From Candidatus Poseidoniaceae archaeon (lineage in GTDB: Archaea > Thermoplasmatota > Poseidoniia > Poseidoniales > Poseidoniaceae), in contig CALKDX010000028.1 of assembly GCA_938084455.1 (NCBI GenBank), forward strand, positions 306 to 64,305: a stretch of 64,000 nt of DNA, read 5' to 3'. This document shows positions 8,896 to 18,515 of this stretch, one piece after another (position 1 is the first letter of the stretch; each line of letters begins with the position of its first letter). Made by a program: the position numbers and the translations under genes. Under the pieces are notes generated by a model. It was not told the DNA's origin, did no database searches, and worked only from the letters and a program-made list of their open reading frames with translations.

Positions 8896-10248
8896 TTGTA
8901 CCTCATCAGCGTCGAGGGCGGCGATGGTTCAGGCAAAGGTGAAGCGGCCAGAATCCTTCTTGAATTAGCGGCTGAATTTCCCTTTCCACAAATCCATGCA
9001 ACACACGAGCCGAGGCGTCACAGTGAACTTGGCAAGTTAGCCCTTACTTCTGTAAAACTCGGCGATAAAACCCCTCTTGAAGAAGCTGGGCTTTTTGCTG
9101 CGGACCGTCTTGACCATTCCCACACGTGGATTCGTCCATTGCTCGAAAAGGGGCACATCGTGATTTCAGATCGAAACATCCATTCGTCGTTAATCTATCA
9201 GGGTGTGGTTGGTAATTTAGGCGTTTCACAGGTTGCCAAAATGAATGCTGCGGCTATGATCCCTGACCTGGTCCTCTGGATTGATTGTGACCCCGATAAG
9301 GCCATCAAACGAATTCGAACAGGTACATTGCGAATGACGAGCCAGAAGCAAGAATACTTCGAAACACCAGAAATTCAACGAACAATTCGACAAGGATTCA
9401 ATGATTTACTCTCCGGCAGCATCGAGGTTCCACCTCCATTTGACCGATGCTGTGTCATTGGACCAATCCTTAACGAAGGAGGTCTTGACGATCTTCGGAA
9501 AAAGTTGAGAGAGGTGCTCAGGGCCTTCTTCAACCGAAAACCGACACCCCTCAATGTCGATGCAGATGAAGTGGACCGCTACTTACTGAGCACACTCGTC
9601 AAGGACGTGCAAAAGCAAAGACGACTCCCTGGAGCTCCTCAAGAGCGAACTGCAATCCACATTGGATGGCTTTCCGGCCGCTCTCCGGCCCAGTGGATGC
9701 AAGAGGCAGAAGACCAATGGCCGCACGAGAGTGCAAAAGCCTACGATGTACCCGCATCCCCTCACTCCCAATCGTGTTGGTCGGTTCTTGGCACTCTTTC
9801 TCTCATTGTTGGGTCAAGTGAAGTTCCAAGGTTGCACCGTGCATTTGGGCCGCACAGAATGGTCACACAACGCCACACTCAACGGTTGGTCAAATGGTTG
9901 GAAGAAGAACGGTGGATTCACAAACAACAATCGCATGTTCCATTCGCAGAAGCCCAAGTCTTCAAACTGCGTGATGAACGCTTAGGTTACGGGCGCCTAG
10001 CCCTCGCCATGTGGCCACTGCGACCTCAGTTAGCCTCGTGGCGAAGAGCAAATCCAAAGGGCAACTGGTCGGATGCATTGCCCGCTATTGCTGCACCAGC
10101 TGATGGCAAAACACCACCACCAGCCGTCCGCAAGGGTTTGGAAGACATCATGAAACGATTGGAGATGTTGAGCAGTGGGCATGAACAATGCCCTGTTCCA
10201 GAAACTGTGGAACAGTTGCTGGCATGGTGGCAATTGCCACCACCGTAA
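8896..10248 (+). CDS. tmk: thymidylate (dTMP) kinase domain fused to a ~250-aa C-terminal extension of unknown function
   Basis: P-loop 'LISVEGGDGSGKG' sits at residues 2-14. 'DRNIHSSLIYQG' matches the Tmk DR..S..aYQg lid region. The start is TTG, immediately after the stop of the upstream gene, which suggests translational coupling. Residues ~200-450 have no Tmk similarity. Confidence 0.55.
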   Translation: MYLISVEGGDGSGKGEAARILLELAAEFPFPQIHATHEPRRHSELGKLALTSVKLGDKTPLEEAGLFAADRLDHSHTWIRPLLEKGHIVISDRNIHSSLIYQGVVGNLGVSQVAKMNAAAMIPDLVLWIDCDPDKAIKRIRTGTLRMTSQKQEYFETPEIQRTIRQGFNDLLSGSIEVPPPFDRCCVIGPILNEGGLDDLRKKLREVLRAFFNRKPTPLNVDADEVDRYLLSTLVKDVQKQRRLPGAPQERTAIHIGWLSGRSPAQWMQEAEDQWPHESAKAYDVPASPHSQSCWSVLGTLSLIVGSSEVPRLHRAFGPHRMVTQRHTQRLVKWLEEERWIHKQQSHVPFAEAQVFKLRDERLGYGRLALAMWPLRPQLASWRRANPKGNWSDALPAIAAPADGKTPPPAVRKGLEDIMKRLEMLSSGHEQCPVPETVEQLLAWWQLPPP

Positions 10249-11019
10249 TCACTCCTCGCCATCGACTTCGCTTTGCAACTGGAATTTGGCATTTCCGGGC
10301 AGCACCACTGAAGCGGCTGAAGCGAATTTTTCCGCACGGGCTGCGAAGGTTGAACCGATCAAGATTGCAATGCCAAAACCAAAGGGTGCGCCTGTGAGCG
10401 GGCGAGTGAAGTTGTTCGACTCATACGACGTGAGCAGTTGAGTGAACCCGTCGATCATGAGGGGGACGCAAAGGAGGACACCACAAGCAAGCCAAGCGAT
10501 GGTGCGTCGGTTTTTCACATACACATCGACAAGCCATGGATCTGGTAGCATGGAAAGGCAAGTGTCACGAACTGTCCATCGGTTGTGCGCTCTCCGGGAA
10601 AACGCCAGTCCACCAACCATGAACCCAAAGAAAATCCCAACGTCCCGGGTGCAGACCGGCATTTGATTGCCTCCAATGACCCAAGAGCGCTCATGGTTTT
10701 GATGGCAATTCAAATCCCCAAACGCATAGATGAAACCAGAATAAGGATCCAGTTCCGTCCACGCAAATGTCTCGTGCTGGTGCAGGGTTCCGTCAGCGTG
10801 TTGATGCAGGCTGCCGCTTTGTGAGTTCCCGTAGGACATCGAACCATCAGCAGTGGCGAAATCGAATGCATTCGCTCGACCGTTAAGTTCGACCACGGTG
10901 CCTTCAGGAAGCATCAGGGGGGCAAGGAAAAACGAGAAGAAAAAAAATCCACTGATTGAAGCAATCCATAATCCGATTTTCCGCTCCCTTAGACGGTCTT
11001 CAAGACCGTTTTTCTCCAT
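10249..11019 (-). CDS. DUF2085-family integral membrane protein
   Basis: 'NCHQNHERSWVIGGNQMPVCTRDVGIFFG' matches the DUF2085 CHQ..eRSf....q.PvCaRc.G signature. Several TM helices. Confidence 0.45.
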   Translation of the reverse strand: MEKNGLEDRLRERKIGLWIASISGFFFFSFFLAPLMLPEGTVVELNGRANAFDFATADGSMSYGNSQSGSLHQHADGTLHQHETFAWTELDPYSGFIYAFGDLNCHQNHERSWVIGGNQMPVCTRDVGIFFGFMVGGLAFSRRAHNRWTVRDTCLSMLPDPWLVDVYVKNRRTIAWLACGVLLCVPLMIDGFTQLLTSYESNNFTRPLTGAPFGFGIAILIGSTFAARAEKFASAASVVLPGNAKFQLQSEVDGEE

Positions 11020-11092
11020 GTGTTGCGCAACCGTGCTGAATCAATAGAGTTTCGCACTCGCTAATGCGAGCCTTGATGAGTCCCACCCCGAC

Positions 11093-11737
11093 TTGCGGAG
11101 CATGAACCTTGAGGAGGGCGAACCTGTTGGATTGTCCACCGGCCTCCAAGCAGGTGCCTTTTTGGGCCTTTATCTCGGATTCAGTCTAGCGGTCATTTCC
11201 GTGTTGACAGACCCCACAAAACTTCAACGCCTAGCGGGGTTAATGTGCACTCCACCTCTGTTTGGCGCCATCCTTCTTGGGCCTTTTTTGGCCAGAAGAC
11301 GTAAACCTGTGGACCTCGGAAGAAAACCACTTGCTCACGCACGTGAACTGCTGGAACCATTCAACGAAGGGCGAGGGAAGTGGCGGGTGTTAAGCCATGT
11401 CAAGAGCGATGGCATGTCGATTCGCATTGATATGCATGATTTGTCAAACTTATCCGGCGTGGTGGATGCTGCCCTTCCGCTTGCTGATTTATGTTCCTTG
11501 AAGTTCATTGTTGGACGAGGAATACCAAATTCCCGTCAACCTGAATTAAGGAAAGTGGTCCTCGACCTCGTGGAAGAAAGGGTCAGGATCACTCGACGAA
11601 GGCGAACTGCAAAATCAATTGAAATATCCCCCGTACCAACGGTGAAATATGTCAATCAGCAACAAAAAATTAATCGCGCTCTTATGATTTTATTACCGGT
11701 ATTCTCTTTCTTAGCCTGGCTAGAAATGCGTCACTGA
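11093..11737 (+). CDS. hypothetical membrane protein
   Basis: 214-aa ORF with two N-terminal TM helices and a C-terminal TM. No recognisable motif. Confidence 0.3.
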   Translation: MRSMNLEEGEPVGLSTGLQAGAFLGLYLGFSLAVISVLTDPTKLQRLAGLMCTPPLFGAILLGPFLARRRKPVDLGRKPLAHARELLEPFNEGRGKWRVLSHVKSDGMSIRIDMHDLSNLSGVVDAALPLADLCSLKFIVGRGIPNSRQPELRKVVLDLVEERVRITRRRRTAKSIEISPVPTVKYVNQQQKINRALMILLPVFSFLAWLEMRH

Positions 11738-11774
11738 GAAGCCTCATAGGAGTACTTAAGTCCAGAGGGTCGAT

Positions 11775-12707
11775 GTGACAACTATGCGGGAGGTCACCTT
11801 TTTCTGGAAACGGGCTCACGCTGGCAATCTGGTCAACGGGCCGCTGACAGATGTTTTTCAGAGCATACATTTCATTTCCTACGCACGTCGAATACCGAAA
11901 GATATTCGCTGTATTTTCAAGGTTCATTTTCAAGCAGGAAAAGGACCAAAAGACATTGATGGTTTGGAAATTCTTGACCTCTTGGAAGTGTTGATGGAAC
12001 CTGAAGCGGATTCCGACAGCACCATCATTTTAGCCCGACTCAACCATCCTGCTGCGAACCTCAGTGCTCGATCAAATGGCACTTCTGCGGTCCCTGGTGC
12101 TTGCTTCCTCGACGGTGAGGGCATTACCTATACCATTCAGGGACCACCCCTCAAACTCAGACTTTTCAGTGGTTTTTTGAGGATGTTTGCAAAGCCTGAC
12201 AGAACCAGTGCGAGAACCGTGAAGTTCGTATCAGATGATAATGGCCCTTTATCTCAAAAGCAAGTCAAGCTCGCCAAATTCGCCTACGACCGGGGCTATT
12301 TCGACACCCCAAAACGCATTCGTATTGCTGAGTTGGCACAAGAACTTGGGTTGGCTCGTGCAACGATTTCCGAGCACATGGCACGAATTGAATCCGCTAT
12401 TATGGATGATATGTTTTCTTCGTTTTCAGAAGTCTATGTTGCCCCAGAGACATTGCGAGAATTGTTGCAAATGATTTCCGATGACCACGACGATTTGGAT
12501 GGTGCGCACACCGACGGTTTCCGAGCGCTGATGATGCAGATGAGAACATCGATTGGAAACGAGGTCGCAAGCCTTGAACTTCATGGAATGGAAAGCGATG
12601 TTGATATTGAGGCCTTGATACAAGAATCCATGTCGAAGCACCAAGGCAACATCAGTTTCATCGATGATAAGTTGGACAACATAAACGATAATTTCAATCA
12701 ACATTGA
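11775..12707 (+). CDS. transcriptional regulator with a C-terminal HTH_10 (Bat/bacterio-opsin-activator-type) DNA-binding domain
   Basis: 'LSQKQVKLAKFAYDRGYFDTPKRIRIAELAQELGLARATISEHMARIESAIM' is a typical HTH_10 helix-turn-helix. Its stop overlaps the start of the downstream pcm gene. Confidence 0.5.
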   Translation: MTTMREVTFFWKRAHAGNLVNGPLTDVFQSIHFISYARRIPKDIRCIFKVHFQAGKGPKDIDGLEILDLLEVLMEPEADSDSTIILARLNHPAANLSARSNGTSAVPGACFLDGEGITYTIQGPPLKLRLFSGFLRMFAKPDRTSARTVKFVSDDNGPLSQKQVKLAKFAYDRGYFDTPKRIRIAELAQELGLARATISEHMARIESAIMDDMFSSFSEVYVAPETLRELLQMISDDHDDLDGAHTDGFRALMMQMRTSIGNEVASLELHGMESDVDIEALIQESMSKHQGNISFIDDKLDNINDNFNQH

Positions 12708-13717
12708 GCCGATGCTTTACATGGGCCGGCGCTCAACAGTTACATGTGTCGGACATCGCAGCCCTCCTCCGCCGACTGGAAAAGGGCGGCATTCCCATTT
12801 CGAAATCAATTCGAGAGGCCATGATTGATGTCGATGTGGAAGATTTCACAGACTATGACACGGACGCCTTTTACTCCGACCGCCCAGTCCCGTTTATGGA
12901 AACTGACCAAGGGGCAATCAAGACCATTTCAGCACCTCACATGGTTGCTACACTGCTGCACCATATGGAATTGAACTCCGGTGAAGAAATCGTAATCTTG
13001 GGAGCAAAGGGCGGTTACATTGCCGCCTTGACCGCTAAAATCGTTGGCGAACATGGGTCTGTGCGAGTGTTGGACCCATCAGAAGACGCAATTCATCATT
13101 TGCGATCTCGCCTAACCCACTGGCCAACGGTTGAGGCACGGGTTCTTGAATCGGTGGACGTAGCTCCCGTTGCTTTCCCAGGTGAATTCGATCGCGTCCT
13201 CGTGACTGGGCAACTAAGCAGCCTCCCTGCTTGGATGACAGAACGCCTTGTTGATGGCGGGTTTATTTTGGCCCCCCTCGGCCCCAAAACAAGCCAACAA
13301 CTGGTAAAGGTCGAACGGCAAGGCCACGAGATGTTTCCGACTGAACTCGGGCCTGTTGCGTTCGGTCCAGTTGATCTAAAGCATGCAGAACAAGGCCCAA
13401 TGGACGCCAATGAACTTGCTGACCTCATCGAACTCGCCATTCAAACCTGCGAAGACCTCGAATTGTTCGAAGACGGTGAGCGCCATGCAATGGAAGACTT
13501 GGTGGTCAACCTTCGAACTCTACCCGATGACCTACCACCGCCCGGAGATGGGTCATTGCCAATAGAAGAACACCCCATGATTCAATTAATGTGGCAAGCA
13601 GCACCGTCTTTTTTCAGACTATGGCCAATGCTACAAACCATGATACAACCGAACCTTGCTCAACCTGGAGCAACTGAATGGGACGAAGAAGACGGGTTCG
13701 ATGATTTTGGATTGTAA
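12704..13717 (+). CDS. pcm: protein-L-isoaspartate O-methyltransferase with a ~130-aa acidic C-terminal extension
   Basis: 'ISAPHMVATLLHHMELNSGEEIVILGAKGGYIAALTAKIVGEHGSVRVLD...FDRVLVTGQLSSLPAWMTERLVDGGFILAPLG' matches PIMT SAM-binding motifs. Start is probably TTG or GTG, since there is no in-frame ATG before the conserved region. Confidence 0.6.
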   Translation: MSRCFTWAGAQQLHVSDIAALLRRLEKGGIPISKSIREAMIDVDVEDFTDYDTDAFYSDRPVPFMETDQGAIKTISAPHMVATLLHHMELNSGEEIVILGAKGGYIAALTAKIVGEHGSVRVLDPSEDAIHHLRSRLTHWPTVEARVLESVDVAPVAFPGEFDRVLVTGQLSSLPAWMTERLVDGGFILAPLGPKTSQQLVKVERQGHEMFPTELGPVAFGPVDLKHAEQGPMDANELADLIELAIQTCEDLELFEDGERHAMEDLVVNLRTLPDDLPPPGDGSLPIEEHPMIQLMWQAAPSFFRLWPMLQTMIQPNLAQPGATEWDEEDGFDDFGL

Positions 13718-13759
13718 CTGACGTCCAGATAGGAACATCCACAGGGCTATGAAGCGGGG

Positions 13760-14773
13760 ATGCTTCGTCCTTCCATGGCAGGTGGCATTGATGGGGAGAT
13801 CTCCAAGTTACGCCACCGGGACGTGCGAGAACGGCGTAGAGCAGTACGTGTTCTGTTTGACACCGACATACCTCGTGCTCTGAAGGGCTTCGTGCCCCTC
13901 TTGAATGATAAAGATCCATGGTTCCGAACAAAGGCGCTGGACGCTCACCGACGCTGGGCTGTTGCCATGGGCCCAGAGGCCCTTGAATCATTAGCGAAGC
14001 ATCGCTCTATAGAGGCAAGGCGATGTGCCGCAAACCTGTTGGCCGACTACGAAGAAGATGTCTCTAGAATCGCATTAATGTTGGTCGAAGATGAAGATTT
14101 GACTTGTAAACGTCAGAGCGCTGCAGCACTGCTTGCGAGTGAAGGTGCCTCTGAGCATGTAAGCAAGTTTCTGAATGATGAAGACCCATACCTTCGCCGC
14201 TTGGCCGTCGCAAGTCACGGGGCAAGTGAATCAAATCGCCGTGAAGGTCTGCTCGATCAAAACGCGTCGGTCTGCGAGGCTGCAGTTCACGCACTGACAA
14301 GAAACGGCGAGGCATTGGGTGAGGCGTCGATTTTACGATTGCTTAAATTGAACATCGAGGGAACTGCATTGATTGATGCTGCTATCGAGCTTGACGGTCC
14401 CGCATTGATTGAACTGGCAAAGCACGCAAAGGGTCCGGCCCTGAAGCACCTCGTCAAGGCATTAAGAGCGACGTGCACCTCAATTGAGGACAGTCAAATC
14501 AAAACCCTACTCAAGGCTGAGCAGTATGTTGTCCTCGGGCGTTGGCTCCAAGGCCAGCGCAGCGAAGAGATGGATCAACTCCGCTGGCGCCTCTTACGCG
14601 AGTCAAGCGTTGATTCGATTGAGCGAAGCCGTTGGCTTGAACGCCTTCTTGGACGATGTTCGGAGGAAAAATTGGTCACGGAAGCACGGGTTTTTGCGAC
14701 TGAAGATCACCCAAGTTTGCTGCTGGACGCAGCACATAACCTTTCAACCGCCTTCGATAAACTTGAATCATGA
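13760..14773 (+). CDS. HEAT/PBS-lyase-type alpha-helical repeat protein
   Basis: Repeated ~30-aa units with the pattern 'D.D..VR..A..AL' (PWFRTKALDAHRRW, IEARRCAANLLADY, PYLRRLAVASHGA). Overlaps the downstream peptidase gene start by 4 nt. Confidence 0.45.
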   Translation: MLRPSMAGGIDGEISKLRHRDVRERRRAVRVLFDTDIPRALKGFVPLLNDKDPWFRTKALDAHRRWAVAMGPEALESLAKHRSIEARRCAANLLADYEEDVSRIALMLVEDEDLTCKRQSAAALLASEGASEHVSKFLNDEDPYLRRLAVASHGASESNRREGLLDQNASVCEAAVHALTRNGEALGEASILRLLKLNIEGTALIDAAIELDGPALIELAKHAKGPALKHLVKALRATCTSIEDSQIKTLLKAEQYVVLGRWLQGQRSEEMDQLRWRLLRESSVDSIERSRWLERLLGRCSEEKLVTEARVFATEDHPSLLLDAAHNLSTAFDKLES

Positions 14774-16608
14774 GCGGCATGCAATCCGGTATTCGATTTC
14801 AAATTGATGCGACCGAAGGGTCCAGCCGACGCCTCCATGTCGGCTTAGAAATCGAGGGACCATTTACGGCATCAACAGTGATGCTTCACTTCCCAAGATG
14901 GGTCCCAGGATCGTATTTCCTGAGAGAGCCAATCCAGCACATGACGGAATTCAGCGCCAACGATCAAGCAGGCCAGCCGCTCAAATTCAACCGCGTGAAC
15001 GTCGACGCTATGCGAATTGTTGTGCCGGAAGGGGCAAGCAAAATTCACATCCATTACCGATTGCTAGCCAATGATCTCTCTGTACGCTCAAACCACCTTG
15101 ATGAGAGCCACCTCCACATGATGCCACCGTTCACTTGGTTCCTGCCAACCAGCGGAGTGGATGCTGAGCGAATGAATACAAACCACACCATCGAAGTTCA
15201 TGCTCCAAGTTCATGGATACCCGCAACCCAATACGAACTTGTGTCGAGCAGCACGGGTGTGGGGACCTTGACAGGCAACAAGGGGAAAACCCATGTGTTC
15301 ACCGCACCTGATCGAGATGAACTGCTTGACGGTATCATCGAAATCAACCCAAATGAAAACCAAACCTGGGTTGTCGAAGGACGCACACACCACCTCAAAT
15401 TATGGGACAGTGGTGGCCATCCAGTCGATGAGGAGATGCTTGAACGATTCAAGCAAGACATGGATCGCGTCGTGAAGGAGCATCATGCCCTTTTTGGAAT
15501 TCCAAAATGGGACAATTACGTCACGGTCATCCAACTCACGGAAAAAGCAAGAGGAGGTTTGGAGCATCTAAACTCACAAACATCGATGCTTCCCCGACAA
15601 TGCCTTATCCCCGGCCATGAAGATGAATACAGAGATCTGATCAGTTTGTACAGCCATGAGTACCTCCATCAGTGGAACGTCAAGCGTTTACGTCCCCGTA
15701 GCTTCCTCGATTATGACCTCCAAAAAGAAGGCCATTCAGACCTCTTATGGTGGTTTGAAGGTGGTACTTCTTGGCTCGGAGACATGCTCTGTGTCCGTTC
15801 AGGCGCTTGGACAGAAGAGGATTGGAGAAAGGATTTCACAAGGAAAATGAAGCGTCACACCACCAGACACGGCATGGCGTACGAATCCCTTACCGAGTCA
15901 AGTCATGATGCATGGATTCATCTTTATCGAGGTCACGCATTTTCAAGAGAAAGCCAAATCTCATACTACCTCGAAGGCGAATTGACAATCATGGAACTTG
16001 ATATGGAACTGCGAAAACGTTCCAAGGGACTTCATGGTGTATGCGACCTGATGGCCCTTTTGTGCCAAACGCACGCGCTTGAATGTGACCCGAGTGGCCG
16101 GTTGGGGGTAACCCACAAGGACATTCGAAAGGCACTTGTTTCAATGAAAGGCGGAGGGCGTCTAGGCGTCATGCTTGACGAGTTGGTGAACCGCAAAGCC
16201 GCGCCTGACATGGAGCAAGTCATGGCGTACTTCGGATTAAAAATGGAACCAGAACATCAACCGAAGGAGGGACAACCACAACCCGCATGGCTTGGACTCA
16301 ACCTTTCACATAAGGCAGGTCGGGTGATGGTCAGCACACACATGGCAGCCAGTCCACTTCGCTTGGAGATCATGCCGGGTGACGAGATTGTGGCCATCGA
16401 TGGTCTGCGTACTTCAAACATCAAAAGCCTCGAAACTGCATTGAAAGGCAAGGCCGGGCAAGCCGTTGCGATCACCTATGCCCACGAAGGAATCATCCGA
16501 GAACACACGCTTTCTTTGCCTTCACCACCTCACCACAACGTCAAGTTGGTTGGCAAAGGAAACAACAAATGGCGAGCATACATTGCAACACGTCAGACCA
16601 ACCAATGA
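14770..16608 (+). CDS. M61-like glycyl aminopeptidase with a C-terminal PDZ domain
   Basis: 'YSHEYLHQWNVKRLRP' resembles the HExxHxW metallopeptidase motif of the M61 family. A C-terminal PDZ-like segment follows ('LEIMPGDEIVAIDGLRTSNIKSLETALKGKAGQAVAITY'). No signal peptide. Confidence 0.5.
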   Translation: MSGMQSGIRFQIDATEGSSRRLHVGLEIEGPFTASTVMLHFPRWVPGSYFLREPIQHMTEFSANDQAGQPLKFNRVNVDAMRIVVPEGASKIHIHYRLLANDLSVRSNHLDESHLHMMPPFTWFLPTSGVDAERMNTNHTIEVHAPSSWIPATQYELVSSSTGVGTLTGNKGKTHVFTAPDRDELLDGIIEINPNENQTWVVEGRTHHLKLWDSGGHPVDEEMLERFKQDMDRVVKEHHALFGIPKWDNYVTVIQLTEKARGGLEHLNSQTSMLPRQCLIPGHEDEYRDLISLYSHEYLHQWNVKRLRPRSFLDYDLQKEGHSDLLWWFEGGTSWLGDMLCVRSGAWTEEDWRKDFTRKMKRHTTRHGMAYESLTESSHDAWIHLYRGHAFSRESQISYYLEGELTIMELDMELRKRSKGLHGVCDLMALLCQTHALECDPSGRLGVTHKDIRKALVSMKGGGRLGVMLDELVNRKAAPDMEQVMAYFGLKMEPEHQPKEGQPQPAWLGLNLSHKAGRVMVSTHMAASPLRLEIMPGDEIVAIDGLRTSNIKSLETALKGKAGQAVAITYAHEGIIREHTLSLPSPPHHNVKLVGKGNNKWRAYIATRQTNQ

Positions 16609-16635
16609 CGCACAGTCAATTGAGGCCCTGACGCC

Positions 16636-17061
16636 TCATTGAATGGAGGCGTGCTGAGAGAGGACCTCAAGCGGGACATGAATTGGGGGTAAATGATCCG
16701 CAATCCGATGCCTACTTGTTTTTGGCGGGAACACTTCGCCTGAAAGGCTCATCGCAATCACTTCTTCTTTGGTCAAGGAGTCAACCCCTGCAGAAGGCCA
16801 AACATCAACCTCAATGGTCTCATCGAGAAGGTAATCAACAGCGATCACTGGAAGTTGAGCAAGGTTAAGTTCGAGCGCAATGGAGTACCGATGGTGTCCA
16901 TCAAGAATAGCCCCCGTGACTCGGTCCACAATCAGCGGTTTGGTGTAGCCGCCCCATCGCTTGGTCATCTCAAGAAGCTTGTCGCGATTCCGTGGTTTGA
17001 TCTCCTCGTGAGGTTTCAACCACTCCACAGGGACCAATTGAACATCCTCTTCATCCCACAT
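16636..17061 (-). CDS. ParB/sulfiredoxin (ParB-N-like) domain protein
   Basis: 'VPVEWLKPHEE....PLIVDRVTGAILDGHHRYSIALELNLAQLPVIAVDYL' matches the ParB N-terminal/Srx fold signature (GHHR motif). 141 aa. Diverges from the nucleotidyltransferase gene. Confidence 0.5.
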   Translation of the reverse strand: MWDEEDVQLVPVEWLKPHEEIKPRNRDKLLEMTKRWGGYTKPLIVDRVTGAILDGHHRYSIALELNLAQLPVIAVDYLLDETIEVDVWPSAGVDSLTKEEVIAMSLSGEVFPPKTSRHRIADHLPPIHVPLEVLSQHASIQ

Positions 17062-17110
17062 TGTCCCTCGCGAATGGCTTACCTGCGATAATGCTATTCA
17101 TTCAGCGACC

Positions 17111-18499
17111 GTGGTATGGCTTGGTAGGGAGCCCATGTCATCGAACCAGACATCTGCTCCCGACCCAATCATTGGCGATACGCCTGGCACCCCTCTACCG
17201 CCCCTGCTTGAGCAATGGGTCGAACAATTGCCGACAGAATTGGATTCAATCATCACAACAATCGCCCAAGCAAAAGGAGGCGTATGGGTTGTGGGGGGTG
17301 CAGTCAGAGACGCCCTTCTTGGGGTTGAAACTGAAGACATCGACCTTGCCGTCTCATTGGAGCCGTCACGCATGCTCGAACTGTTCCCAAATGCCATTTC
17401 AACAGGAATTCAATACGGTACGTTGACCCTAAGAGGAGTTGATGGTGGATTCTACGAAGCAACAACCCTTCGTACGGAAAGCATGTATGAGGATGGTCGG
17501 CGACCAGAAATCGTGGATTTTGGAACGTCTCTTCGCGGGGATTTAGAGCGACGTGATTTCACCTTCAACGCCATGGCGGTCGATGTTCGACGGCGGTTGC
17601 TTCATGACCCTTACAATGGACTACGTGACTTAAAGCAAGGCCGAGTCAAAGCCGTCGGGCAAGCCTACCAAAGGTTGGCTGAAGATGGATTACGCATCTT
17701 ACGTGCTTACCGTTTCCTTGACCGTGGCGAGGCAGGAGTTTGGCAATTCGATCATGAACTGGCAGAGGCACTGAAGCAACATAGAACGATGTTATCTGGT
17801 GTCACCAATGAACGAATATGGATGGAATGGAAGAAGATCCTCAATGGCCAACATGCTGCAGAAGTGGTTGAGCGCATGGCCCGCGATGAGGTCTTGGATC
17901 GATTCTTGCCGGGCCAATGGCGGGCGCAAACACATCGCTTCTTCGCCCAAAGGCACCCGCTGGCGGTTGGCATTACTGGCGCAGAGCGATTCGCATTATT
18001 GCTTTCTGAAAACTCTTCTATAGAGGTCGCAAACACCCTTAAAAACTTAAAACTCTCGAAAAAAGAACGTCAGGAAATTGAATTGATTCATCGACGCTTC
18101 GGAAGGGTTCCAGGCCATACAAAGGCAGACTTGCGTGTCTTCAGAGCAGTCATGCAAGAACGCTCTGCATCTCATCTTAACCTCGAGACCGTTCTCCGAG
18201 AGTCTGGCTTGAAGACTGGAAAAATGGATGATGTATCGGCGCAATACCTCGAAAAAACGCTCCAAGAACTGATTCATCTTGCTCCGCTGAGAGCCGGCGA
18301 TGAACCACTCGTTGATGGCCACTGGATTATGCAACGAACCGGACTGGCAAAGGGAATTGCGCTTGGTCGCCTGAAATCATGGCTGCATCGTTTACAGATT
18401 GAGCGCGATTTGGGCACTGAGGAAGAAGTTGAAGACGTTCTTTGTTCATTGATTTGGAACCAAGACGACCATGCGAATTGGCCAAAGGTAGAATTCTAA
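17111..18499 (+). CDS. class II (bacterial/eukaryotic-type) tRNA nucleotidyltransferase / poly(A) polymerase family protein (CCA-adding-like)
   Basis: 'VVGGAVRDALLGVETEDIDLAVS' (GGxVRD...DxD) and 'RRDFTFNAMAV' are hallmark Pol-beta-type class II CCA/PAP head motifs. C-terminal 'LKLSKKERQE' resembles the Bacillus CCA body. The true start may lie downstream of the ORF-track start. Confidence 0.6.
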   Translation: MVWLGREPMSSNQTSAPDPIIGDTPGTPLPPLLEQWVEQLPTELDSIITTIAQAKGGVWVVGGAVRDALLGVETEDIDLAVSLEPSRMLELFPNAISTGIQYGTLTLRGVDGGFYEATTLRTESMYEDGRRPEIVDFGTSLRGDLERRDFTFNAMAVDVRRRLLHDPYNGLRDLKQGRVKAVGQAYQRLAEDGLRILRAYRFLDRGEAGVWQFDHELAEALKQHRTMLSGVTNERIWMEWKKILNGQHAAEVVERMARDEVLDRFLPGQWRAQTHRFFAQRHPLAVGITGAERFALLLSENSSIEVANTLKNLKLSKKERQEIELIHRRFGRVPGHTKADLRVFRAVMQERSASHLNLETVLRESGLKTGKMDDVSAQYLEKTLQELIHLAPLRAGDEPLVDGHWIMQRTGLAKGIALGRLKSWLHRLQIERDLGTEEEVEDVLCSLIWNQDDHANWPKVEF

Positions 18500-18515
18500 C
18501 ATCAACGGCATCATC

